Source: Balanoglossus misakiensis (lineage: Eukaryota > Animalia > Hemichordata). From it: a stretch of 64,000 nt of DNA. The DNA lies in NCBI GenBank assembly GCA_040954595.2, contig CM082587.2:4606093-4670092 (forward strand). The letters run 5' to 3'. The position numbers were made by a program, and so were the translations under genes. The notes beneath the pieces are model-generated. The model made no database searches and was not told the DNA's origin. It saw only the letters and a program-made list of their open reading frames with translations. Position 1 is the stretch's first letter. Each line of letters starts with the position of its first letter. Below are positions 36,060 through 48,080 of the stretch, piece by piece.

Positions 36060-38747
36060 ATGGCAAGTTCTCGGAATAGAGGTTCAGGAAACGGGGGAAT
36101 CCGGTGTTATCGAAAAGCCCGAAAAGAGTCAGAGAAAATAGGCGGAATTCTTCCTGTCTCTATTCATTCCCTTGCCCGCCGTGCTGGGGTGGTTCGTATC
36201 CAAGGGCTGTCTTACAACAGAGATGCATGGACACCTCGAGGTATGCTTGGGCTATTAAAAGAAGCTACGCTTTGTCCCGTTAGAGGGCGTCTCGTGTTCC
36301 GAGCCATGGGCCGCAGTATCCCCGAAGAACTCACTGCCGCAACGCCCGTGGCCGAGAAGAGCCGAGTTAGCTTTGCTAAAACAGGTTGTGGTACGTCAGC
36401 GGATGCGGTTGTAGACAGTGTTGACAAGAACAAGAAAAGACGTTCAAGTTCAGGCACAAGAACAGTTCGCAGAACTAGGTGGTCTTCACGGAAACACGAT
36501 GACGAGCTTCAAAAACCCAAGGAAAATCCGGGCACAAGGACATACAGTCTTTGCAAGAGTCAGATTGTGAAAGAGAAGGAGTTCCTGAAGTTATCCGTTA
36601 ATGATGTTTTCTCCATGCTCCGTGGAGATGATCATCTTTGGATAGACAGTGAAGTTACCATCTACAGTTCCATTGTTGCTTGGTACAAACATGACAAACC
36701 CAACAGAAAAGCATGGATTTCTCAGGCAGGGCAAAGGGGGGGTAATTAAACAGCAGGGGATTATGCAATGCAAACACTTGAACTGGCCAGTAACGTTTGA
36801 ATTCCTCATTTGCATACAGTTTTTCAACTTTTTTCAGAACGAAAGTTCAGTAACTTGCAACCCATTTCTGACAATTATTTCACCCCAGGCACATTACTGG
36901 TACTATGAATGTACTACATGTGATTTTTCATGAAGTTTTATCGAGAAGAATTTCTTTAATTCCACTTACAAAATTGTGATCACGAAATTCAAAGTGACCT
37001 TGAAGTTAAAAAATCAAAAAAAAAATATCTGCCATACCCACACAAAAATTAACCCCCTCAGGTTTTAGAAACATTATTAAACTCCTCTATTCATAATTTT
37101 GACATGAATATATCCATGCCGTGGGTCAAGGACCACAATTTACGGTGCCATAGGTCAGTCCTGAGAAGTCAGTCAGCGTGAATAGTGTATAGACTCCGTA
37201 TGTAATATGCTAATGAGAGTTAACGACGCGTTGAAAAGGAAGCCATTACGTCATGGGTTAACATGCGTTGACCTACTTCAATGCATACACATATGGCAAA
37301 CACGGCTGTACTCGTCGATGGCGAAGGCAATTTTTACACCGTCATTACTCCACAACGGAGCGGCTCACACTATTATAAATTCACGGTAACTTAGTTCAAT
37401 ATCTTCCTAACCTACCCAATTTTTTTCAAGACAAGAAATCTTTTCCGTGAGTCAGGGACCACAATTTAAACCAACATACCGAAACTGTCTTTCTCGGGAA
37501 CGCGTCGTTAAAACTTCACGAAAAATCATCCTATCATTGACTGTGGTGTTTCATACACGTCTTAGAAAAATGGATGCACTACGATCACTTGAAGTACCGA
37601 AAATCTCCGTTTGAAAATTTTTCCAACCGGCCGTAACTGCCACTCAGTGACGTTCACATTCAAATAGATCTCTTTGATGTCACCGCCGTAATTACCCCCC
37701 CTTTGCCTTGCCTGTTCTGATCTGCTGGATTGCGTGCAGTATTCGAACCTCCCTCAGGGATTTCTTAGAAACATTGCCCTGAAGGACAGGCAGATGAGTA
37801 AATATGTAAATGCTGCAATGTCGAGAGAAGGGCCTGGGAGATCATTGCAAAGGACTTATGATGATCTTGTGCTTCTCCTGAGGAAGAGAGAGATGGTGGA
37901 CCTGTACGACTTGCGAGACCAGTCCTGGTCTTGCGTGCCGCTGTTGCCATGGCAATCTCACACAGGTTTCCTAGCCGTTGAGTGGGTGGGACAGAGTTTG
38001 TGGTTCTGTACCATGAGTGCCGAAACTTGGATGTACACCCCCGGGCAGAGGAAATCCGGTTGCAAGGTGCCGGCCCCGCCGTTCGGAAAGCGGGTGTTGG
38101 GGCTTGGAACGACAGTCTTGGACGGGAAGATATTCGTGGTGTGTGGATTGCGGACCGGTTCTCTGCAGCCAACTTTCACCATGACGTTTGCGTGCTTTGA
38201 TCCGGCCACAAAGGCCTGGCACACCGACCTGCCACGACTTCTTGAGGTTGTCGGTGGGGGTGCTCTTGTAGCCTGTAATGGCAGCGTCTACCTCATCGGT
38301 GGCTTTGACGGTCAGAGATTTGTGCAGACAGTCCAGCGGTATGACCCAGAGTTGAAGCTGTGGACAATAGCTGCTCCCCTCCCATATGAACCGAAGGGAT
38401 TTGGGACACTCAGTGCAGTATGCTGCCATGGCAACATATACCTTACTGACCACCGTAAAGTATTTTGCCTTGACACAGCGGCAAATGAATGGGCTCATCT
38501 CGAGCCCGTCTCAACGCATTTAAGGGAATCATACTCGTGTATCGCCCGGTGTTGTGACAAACTGCTGATCTTTCAAGAAGACAGTTCATCCGTCATCGTG
38601 TTTGATCCACTGACCAAAGACATGAACACAGTTCCAGCATATCTCAGGGTTCCAATTAAGGCATCAACCAGAGTTCCAAATAAAGTGCCAATCATGGTCA
38701 CTGTGCCGAAATGGAGACTCTATGATGAGATACACAACTTGTGCTGA
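36060..38747 (+). CDS. Intronless Kelch-repeat protein: histone H4-like N-terminus + basic linker + BACK + Kelch propeller, interrupted by a TIR element (possible pseudogene allele)
   Basis: BACK segment EKEFLKLSVNDVFSMLRGDDHLWIDSEVTIYSSIVAWYKHD...WIS/DLLDCVQYSNL; Kelch repeats (VLDGKIFVVCG, ACNGSVYLIGGFDG...VQRYDPELKLWTIAAPLP). Removing 36723-37718 gives one 563-aa ORF. Confidence 0.8.
36723..37714. mobile_element. Non-autonomous DNA transposon, 992 bp, 26-bp TIRs, 4-bp TSD TTCT
   Basis: Left end caggcagggcaaagggggggtaatta; right end taattaccccccctttgccttgcctg (1 mismatch). TTCT at 36719-36722 and 37715-37718. Excision restores the frame. Confidence 0.9.
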
Positions 38748-38980
38748 TGGCATGATGATTTCATGATGTTAGGTTTTTAATAACATACTTTATTGAGAAA
38801 AACGTTACAGTTGATACATAGACCAAAAACGAAAAAGTTTCCATACATGCATGTACAGTTGGTATAGTGATTGGTGATTTTTAAAGGCATAGATTTGAAT
38901 CCCATGTACCTGAATAACCGAACCCAAAGCTCGCACATATGTGAAGAGTGAACCAAACCACGATATAGTAAAGATGTTTA

Positions 38981-39554
38981 TCAACTGCCTAAGAATTCCT
39001 CCAAATGTTCCAGTTCCATGATGTACTCATTGTCAGCCATGGCTTGCTTGAGCACGCCGGTGGTGGCGCTCCTGCCGTCGTTCAGTCTCCACTTGTGGAG
39101 CATCTGGTACTTTTGTTCCTGTGCGTTGTTGGGATATTTCTGCTCTATTCTGTCCAGGTCATCCTCGTCCACGCCCAGGTGCCGCGCCAGGGCCCTTGCC
39201 TGCAGCGGGGATAACTTCTTGTGCAAGAACGAGATGGCCTTTCCGACATTATCACCTGCGTTTGAGGGCAAGGAGAACGATTTGCATATGTACACTATGC
39301 TTTGAGAGTAGAAGATTTACAACCGTGATCACAATGCCTTGCTTGCGCACATGCGTATAAAATTCGTTCGCTCTGGCCTCGGGTCAACCATAGACCCTAG
39401 GGTCTACGGGTCAACTCGCGCACCCCCTTGAATAATCTGGAAATTTGTGTTGTCAAGATGTCAAGTGATTCAAAGCAGTTTAAAGTAGATTGTACCCGCA
39501 ACTTCACGGCCCGGTTTTCGTGGTGGGCACATTACCTGGTTTGACTGACGACAT
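38981..39554 (-). CDS. Death-domain-only protein, 97 aa, FADD/RIPK1-like DD. Exons 39554-39536, 39255-38981
   Basis: MSSVKP|GDNVGKAISFLHKKLSPLQARALARHLGVDEDDLDRIEQKYPNNAQEQKYQMLHKWRLNDGRSATTGVLKQAM; polyA signal on the - strand near 38790. Confidence 0.85.
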
Positions 39555-40661
39555 GTTCCTGTACCAAATACGTCCAGTCTAGATCACGGTGGTATACCTG
39601 AACCGACCACTCCTAAAGAGAAATAGGCATGTTTCGATTCTGTTATGAAGCAAGCCCAGATTATCGTTCTGTCGACTTGCGTACATGTTTATGTACGAAT
39701 TGTCCATCAGATACCAGTAGTTGGTGATAATAGAACAGGCCAAATCTCACAAGATACTACTACGCGCACATCACACACGCACAAAGCCAGTCAGGCTACC
39801 ACCTAGAATATTTTTTATATATTCAGATATATGAAATGGGAATATAGCTGCAGCCTTACCGAAGATCAACCTCCCACTGTGCAATTGGCTAGCGAATGCA
39901 ACGGCATGGGTGTGGCGGGGGTGTTTGGTCACTAGTAAACAGACCGGTGATTTGTTTGACTGTATTGACATTTTGATACTGACTTATTCCAATTTGACAG
40001 CTCAATAAATTAAAGTGGTATCAGGCGGTGATTTAACGAACGCCCACGTGATGAGCGTGGTGATATCGGCGGGGCGATTGGAGTACTTAGCAACGCCGGA
40101 CAGATCGAGATCGGTCGGTTCAAACTGCACAGACGTCACATGAGTGACCTTTGACACCTTCACACCTGCCAAGACCAATTTCGTAAAATATGAAAATAAT
40201 AGCGTCTTCTGCAGGAAACAATGCAAAACGGAACACTGAAGGATTGAACCTTGCAGTCTGTCATTGCAGGCCAGCCAGGTGTTAAGTTATACGACTGCAT
40301 GAATGTTGAAATCGATAGTGAACATGCATGTCGACGTCACCTGACACACAAAATTGAATTTAGCCGAGTACATTTAAAATAGAGAAAATTGTTACTTTAT
40401 TAAACATTTCATTACTTCTCATATATACACATATTATATATACACATATTAATCAATTAAATTAAAATGTATTTTCTTCAAAGTCTGTGTGGTGTTCACA
40501 CACATTAATACTCATTACGTGCAAATGTGTGATTGTTGTAGAAAACACTGATTTCCACATCAGCCCAGGTATTGTCATTATTTTCTACGTTTTAAATAAT
40601 TTTCATCTCATGTGAGGACATCTGCTTGTGCCTTCGCGTTTTGAAAGTGTCTATGAGTTGA

Positions 40662-42953
40662 TTACAGCAGGTCGGCGTATTGGCCCATGTTCAACTCCAC
40701 CAGAATGTCGTATAGATGACCAACGGTACCACTATCACGTACTTCCCAAGTTTTGAAGACCTTTTCCATGGGTAACTCAGACTGCGCATAAAGCTGGATT
40801 GTAGGCGTGTCAATGCCTATTTTTTCAGCCACGGCTCTCCAGTCACGGGGATCTGTTGATGTGAAAACGTTCTGTTTTTATCACCATGGTGAAAAGTGTG
40901 CCCAGATTTGCAACTATTAGTGCATTGTGTTCGCTATGGAAAATAGAATAAGTCCGTGAGATTTCACTCCTTTTATAAAACTTAATTGTCTGCAGGTGCT
41001 ATAGGAAAATGAAACCAAAAATATTGCTCAACGTCAAATTAAGCATATACAATTGTTACATACATACTTTAATGATGCGCCTCTTCGGTTATGTCACGAT
41101 GCACCCTATGGCAGGTCAACTTGTCAACTGCCAACGTTACGAATTTTTAACGTGTATAAACATCTTGAAATCGTACCTGCTGCGTTTGGATCCTTCACAC
41201 TCAACATAGCAGTAATTTTTTGTCTGACTTTGAATGGCATTGTCAACAACGGAGTCTTTTCGTCAAGTTTTGGACCTATGAAGAGAACAAATGTATGTGT
41301 ATATGGATGAATCTGGTCAGCTCTACTTGACGTGCTTAATGTATGGAAAACCTATAGATAATAAATATCCCGAGCTATACCATGCTGAAAAAATGGTACA
41401 TCGACTTGACAAAGCAAGTACGGCAAGTCCCAGTTTCTGGGCATACTTACCTGCAGTTCCTTTTGGAAAGTGATCTCGTAAAGTAACTCCAATATCGTCC
41501 CTTTTCAGATTCTTTTCAAAGAACTTGACAAGATATCTTGGCTTAGGCCTTGGATTCATCCTTCCCCAGTATTCTATAAAACCGCGCACATTGTATTTAT
41601 TCTGTAACAAATTTTAGAAGACACACTGAAGGACTTGAAGCATATTCGAACACCATCTACATATTGATGCTTTGACAATTGCTTCATGCATAGGTCACAT
41701 ACCTCGCCAAGTTCTTGAATTTGTGATTCGGATAATTTGCATAAACGGACCAAGTCTTCGAAGTGAGCTGCTGTGAAGTCTGGCATCGTTTCCAGTTCAT
41801 CTAAAAGTTCTGTTTTTATCTGAACTTTCGCAGGACTTGTATCTCGGCCTACAGCAGAGACAAAACCGCCAGACACATAACCCATAAATTTATCCCGCAT
41901 TTGGCGACTTTCAATACTTTTTTGTAAACTTTTTTTGAATCAAGAAATAGCAATGCACTCGAAAAAGAGATTGAAATTTGGATCACAGACCTTGAGAAGA
42001 CAGGTTCATTTCTTGGACACCTCGCTGGAGAGAATCGACTGCTCCTTTGTGAATAAAAGCGGGAAATATATTTTATACGAGTTGGTTTGTAGATGATGAC
42101 TATGTCTATTACTGCACATCGAAATCTGACGTTCCGGTAAGATTTACACTTAAGTGCTTACCACAACCCTTTTCCGTCAAATGCTTTAGTAGCTCTTCTG
42201 CTTGTTGGGTATGGCCATTCCCTTTTAAAGCGTTTTCAAGAGTTTGTACAGTAAACGACATTCCGGTCTTCTTTCTGCACTTACAGACCCACCCATGCTT
42301 TTCTGATTCTATGTCATCTCTGTTCTGTCGCGATATGGTGTCAAACTCCACGTCCTTCAGGCCAAGGTCACGACACACTGCCCTGCATTCGGGCGCAGTG
42401 AGTCTCTTCGCAACAAATAGGATGGCTGTGTCAACCGCATCTATTGGAAATTGACCATACACGTTGTAGTTAACGGTGAATACGGTCACCTATGCAAATT
42501 TAGCTACAGTTACCAAGGTAAATTGAGATATAGCCAATCACAGATTTTCAGTGGGTGGCAACACGCGAAAAAAACAGCGCCACCATATGTTCTTTAGAAC
42601 ACTCAGATACGCCATTTATGGACATATGTAAATTGGAGGTGACCGTGTACCTTTAATGGCGCAGAAATATGTGTGTTGTGGAGTACCAGTAAATCGAATG
42701 CTGGACCCTTTACTCTTGTACGCGTTTTGTATATGCTTGGTGTATGAATATGGTGATAGCTTGGACGGCATCAATGTGTTTAAAATTCCATTATATGAAT
42801 CCGTAGGCACGAATTAGCACAGTTCTAAATAGAGTGGAATTGATTCTAGAACATATTATTGTCTCACTTGATATGGGCAGCAAATTGTGTTTGCAAAAGG
42901 ATAAAAACGCAATCGCAAAAAGAAACCATAAACTGTTCACCTTGTTGGGCCAT
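40662..42953 (-). CDS. Triple death-domain adaptor, 292 aa. Exons 42953-42941, 42440-42162, 41848-41703, 41601-41451, 41275-41177, 40852-40662
   Basis: DD1: DAVDTAILFVAKRLTAPECRAVCRDLGL...TVQTLENALKGNG. DD2 (divergent): FEDLVRLCKLSESQIQELGENKYNVRGFIEYWGR...LKRDDI. DD3: KVRQKITAMLSVKDPNAADPRDWRAVAEKIGI...VFKTWEVRDSGTVGHLYDILVELN. GT-AG junctions, 879 nt in frame. Confidence 0.8.
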
Positions 42954-44956
42954 CGTATGTTCGGTTACCAACACTTCCCAGAATGCGTAGTTGTATGTAG
43001 ACCTTTATAGCCTTCAAAAATAAAATAAATATCATCTGGATTATTGCTTAGAGAAAATAGTTAACCTCTAGAGTTACTGCAATCATAGCCTGTCTGTGCT
43101 ACAATCATACAAGTGCGACGATGAACATACCTCTTTGAGAACCTCATGCAAAATAACAACGGCCTCCCGTTGACTTCTGTGCTGGGGTGCCTTCTTGTGA
43201 CTCTCTTCAGTTTTCACCAGTCCCTCTTCAAGTTCAATGTACTTTATAAGTATCTGCAGTACAACTTGACATCAACAGAGGAATGTATGTCGTTACTAGT
43301 AGCCCGCAATCGTTCGTTGCACCGAGGGAAGTCTCTCATGATAATGTCACGAGCTCAATTCTACCGGGCGCTTAATATATGATTTCCCTCTCATTGCGAG
43401 ATCGCGCGAGACTTCGTTGATTACCATAGCAACGAGTGGCAAGCAATATAAATCAAGCCTTGTGTGAACCATAGACAGTATGTGTGAACCTAGAATAGGT
43501 TCAGAGTTTATCAAAATTAATCGTATGTGCCGTTTAACACGATGGACCATGTGTTGTTTGCCCTGTCCCCCCATGTTCATGTTGCTCAGACACGCCAGAT
43601 CTCACAAGGTCTGTTGGGTTCGGAAGTTGGATTTTTCAATATACATGTACGCTATAAATAAGAGTCTTGCCACTGGCACAGGCGGGTCTGCTACGATATT
43701 TATTTCGGCATTCATACCTGCGGCGGAAAGGTTAGCATTTGGCAATCCACATGCACCAGAGAGCTCAATTGGTGGCAACACTTGTACACCATTTCTCAGC
43801 GAGAGAGTGACAAACTCACATGTTAACAGCAGATTCGCGGTTCACTTAAAAAAATGTAAAGCCGATTCTGACCTTAACTGTGATTGGTCACCAGACAGTT
43901 GTTACACAGTAATATCAACACCCCTAGCCTATCGCCTGCACCATTACAGCTTCAGTGGGTTCAAAACACATAAGCTTATGAACCCGGAACCTAAATGCTC
44001 ATGATTCCAGGAAATGATTTGACTATGAATGCAATATGGTGACATTGTGACCAAGTTACCAGCTGTGATTCGTTTAAGAATGGTACAGGTGGTTCAACTG
44101 GTGATATTTTAATATATGAGGCACTTCTGGGACATGGGTCTCATTTCTGTATGTGATCATCGTAGCCTTAAAATGGGTGGAGGTCGTCCCGTCTGAAGCT
44201 GTTCGTAGTGGCGCCATAAGCAGGCTCAAAGTGTAATTGCTACAATGTACATAATTTCAAACAATCATTTTCGTCACATTTTTAATTTACTTTCAAATTG
44301 ATGTATCATTGGTTGGCAGAGTTTCCCTGAACAATGTAAACAATAAAGGTGGTGTGTTTATAAAACAGAAAAGTCGCACATGTGCAGTTCAGACGACCCT
44401 CCCCTTTACGCTTTGAATCCAGGGCGCTCAGTCAGTCACAATTCATAATTATAGAAAATGGCGCACAGCCCACTGTTTCTACCATCAACCAAACACAACA
44501 ACATGGTTATTTGAAGATAACGTTGTCGAGTTTCCAAAAGGACCCGTACAATAACACCACACACCCTTTCCTTTCACAGTCATATTTTCACACATTCGAA
44601 TACTAGTACATGTAGTAGGACGAGGAACTATGTATTCCATCAATGAATCATACTGAAAGTACTGATGTTAAAATATGACTTTTGGCACAAATGGTTCTAC
44701 AGCGATGATCTCTTTAAACCTGACATTCAAAACAACTTAAATTAACACTTTTCATATCCAAGTGTTCTGCTGCTTTCGCTTTCCCAAATACCATACCAGG
44801 TTTATAATAACATCTGGCCTAGTTAAAATCAGGTTACAGATAGGCATATATCTTCTAAAACGGTGATTAATACATAGAATACTAAATATATTAACATTTG
44901 TAACTGCTGACATAAAATATAGACCCAGCGCAGTAGGCAGCCGAGGAAATGAAACA

Positions 44957-46171
44957 TTATTTTTTCTTCTCTTTGATATAATTGGATAGTTTCTTTCGAT
45001 TCAGAAGCATACTGGCAACACCATCCAATTCATTGTCCATGAGTATATCATAAAGCTTGCCCACAGTTGCATTGGCGTCTCTTCTGGGCCACTCATCCAA
45101 CACCTCCCCCATCGGCCCCAACGTATTCTTCGTTCTTGAGAGGGCCTGCATCTCAACATATTTGATACCGATTTTCTCAGCAACAATTCTCCAGTCATTA
45201 CCTGAAAACAACGGGACGGGGATAAAGGTCAGAATGGCGGTTGAGAAACGAGGGCAGGGTTTCGCAGGCTTTTCAAAGTACCTTACAGAAATTACTGCGA
45301 AGACTTGTTCACAGCACAGCACACGAATGTTCCACTCACCGGTTTCGCGTTCAGTGTTCAGAATCAAACAGAGGTCTTTTCGTTCTATAAAACCCATATC
45401 GCTTATCTTCCTTGCCCTGTTTAATACTTGGAACAAAAGATATAAAACGCATAAAATGAACTGTTTACCATCGCGATGGGGGTCAGTACATCACTGCATA
45501 TGACACTATTCGTGGCTCAAGGATCCATTATTTAATAGGGATCAACAACATTCTTTAAATCACATGTCCACAAGACACATCGATTAATTTCGAAAATATG
45601 GTAAAGTTTGGTCCATTGTGTCCCCATTGTGCATGCGTTGAAAGGATGATAACTTCGGGGGAAGTTCATGTCTTTTGGTTTGAATTTGAACATGCAAAAG
45701 TCAAAGTTGTAGCTGACTAAGTTGCAATGATAGCTGTATATATACATTTATTTTAAACTGATTCTGAACAGCAATGTCCCAGTAGACACAATCGAATCGC
45801 AATTACCATGGTAACTAATATTAAATGTACCTTGAAAACGATGTTGTCTTTGTTCAATATAAAAGAGCTCAAAATCAAATGTTGTTACCTGCTATTTGTA
45901 AATTTGATGTCTTCTCGGTTAACTCACTCACACTACAGTCATTTTTTCCTCCTATATTCACGAACACATGCAGGTAGTTACACAAATGGCAATTCAATAT
46001 TACTTTATTTGCTTCAAATCTGCGCAACTAAAAGACAATGCCTTCACCGTACGACAAAGTATGTGATTGACGAAAAATCCTAACAAAATCGAATTATATC
46101 TCAACAAATTCAATGGCAGGAATGTGTTTCAAAAAAGAAGAATGCTTACCATCCGGCATCTTTTCTGCCAT
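44957..46171 (-). CDS. MyD88-like death-domain-only protein, 117 aa, no TIR domain. Exons 46171-46150, 45426-45340, 45201-44957
   Basis: ISDMGFIERKDLCLILNTERET|GNDWRIVAEKIGIKYVEMQALSRTKNTLGPMGEVLDEWPRRDANATVGKLYDILMDNELDGVASML. Resembles the MyD88/UNC5/p105-type DD pattern. Confidence 0.82.
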
Positions 46172-47202
46172 TTTCTTCAATAATTGTCGTTCTCAAGTCT
46201 TCTGTCGAGTTTATGTAATTAACACCGGTTACTATGACACTATGACAACCAGAAAAAATGCCATCAGATGATCTGACCAAACGATCAGTGACCAGTGCAT
46301 ATGCAGTTCCTTGAAATATGTACTATTACTAGTATTATGTGAGAAAATGAATATATACCAATAGCATAGACAGACCTGTAACTTTTACAAGGGTGTAATA
46401 TATTAACATGAATGATACAGTATACAAACTTGTTATTCGACAATGCGTATTAACAAACACGAACCAGCAACTTCAGCACAGGTATATCTTATTTGTGTCT
46501 GTTTCATGGATCAACCAGGCTGTGCAGGTGGAACCCGGAAATAACTATCACCGGAATCTAAAATGTCCCCGTTTTAGCTGCAGCGAGATATATGGTATCA
46601 TTCGATGGGTATCCAGGCGATAAACAAACGCTCAACGTGAGTGGAGAAAGCAACTTTAAAAAACATATAGTTCAAGAAGTATACTTGACCATAGAGTTAT
46701 ACTGAGATGGGTAACACTTGCGCAAATGGTCAAGGGTCATCTACGGCCACAATATACGCATCTCGCAGAGGGCGCTGCTCCAGGCGATGTTCTCTGTGTT
46801 TTACATGTACATTTATAACACAGAAAATAAACAGAGACATAAAAAATGAATTATTGTCTTATCAGTCTACAAATCAAAGTATGTAATGGCTATTTGGGTC
46901 AGAAATTACTAATCTTTTATCAAATGCCAGTCCACTTTTCCCTCAAGGCATTAAAGAAGAAGTCTTCTTTAATTTCCTCCGCAACATTTGTCAACATTTT
47001 TTCTCCTCAAAAATTCCCCCATCCACCCTCCCAGAAATCAAATGGTTCTCCCCTTAGCTCCCGTGTTTACAACGTGAGATAAAATGCTGTCACAATGGTC
47101 ACGTCGAAACAGTACGCCCCCATCAGTGAATGGTCCGGACCGGCCTTTCAGTGATAACATACACTGTGGACATTCACCACAGTAAGACGTACATCAAAGG
47201 TC

Positions 47203-48045
47203 ATGGAGACCAACAGCGAAGAGGGGACGCCTTCGAGGCGGACTCGGAAAGATGGCGGGTGCCACGGTTGGCTCGTTGTACTCGGCTCTTTCATATGTAG
47301 TATGTTCGTGTTTGGAGTCTATCCGGCGGTTGGACCATTGCTTGTCGCGATCCAGAAGTCCTTTGAGGCGACTTCAGCCCGAACATCGTGGATACTTTCT
47401 CTGCTTGTATTTCTCGAATTCGGTTTAGGTAGGTTTTATTACAGTCTGCAATGAAATCAACGCTGGAATTTCAGAGCCAACAGACTGGTAAACACGGTGT
47501 AGAATACTAGTAATCTCTCCATCCGGCGAAAACACAAAACCACTGCGTCAGGGACCGTTGATCATGTTGTCATTGTTGGTCAGTGTCGATCCTTTCGCCT
47601 CGACATTGCAGGTCATAGGTCAGGATGTCGTGGTGGGATCGACCAATCAACGTCACAGCTTCGGGGGTCATCACCCGGGGGTGTACTTCCTATATTTGCT
47701 AAACACGGTGACAAAGTGTTTTCTTTATATCATTTCATAATACCCTCACCAAGCAACAGCTGCTGCGGTGATGACAAATGTGACGATAAAAGAACATTAG
47801 TTTGTCTCTTTACATTTTATTTATAGGTCCAATAGTAAATGTAGGCGTGAAAAAGATTGGATTTCGAATGACCGTCATGTGTGGGGCAGTTTTATCCACC
47901 ACAGGGTTCTTTGTCAGTGCATTTGCGCCGAACATTGAATTTTTGTACTTAAGTCTGGGAATTTTAGTAGGTGAGTATAAGTTGACATGTCAGAGACGAT
48001 CAAATGTTTATAAAACAATCGTATAGATATCATACAGAAAGACGA

Positions 48046-48080
<35 letters not shown>

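Noticed and set aside
39391-39406. Palindrome tagaccctagggtcta (similar catagaccgtctatg near 53426)
   Set aside because: Likely a short dispersed repeat remnant; no function inferable
41991-42024. Possible 34-nt exon in the triple-DD gene
   Set aside because: Would shift the frame; the flanking exons join in phase without it
43131-43253. Exon-like 123-nt segment on the - strand (ILIKYIELEEG...HEVLKE, bounded by AG and GT)
   Set aside because: Phase 0-0 and cannot be joined in frame to the neighbouring DD exons; may be UTR or a relic
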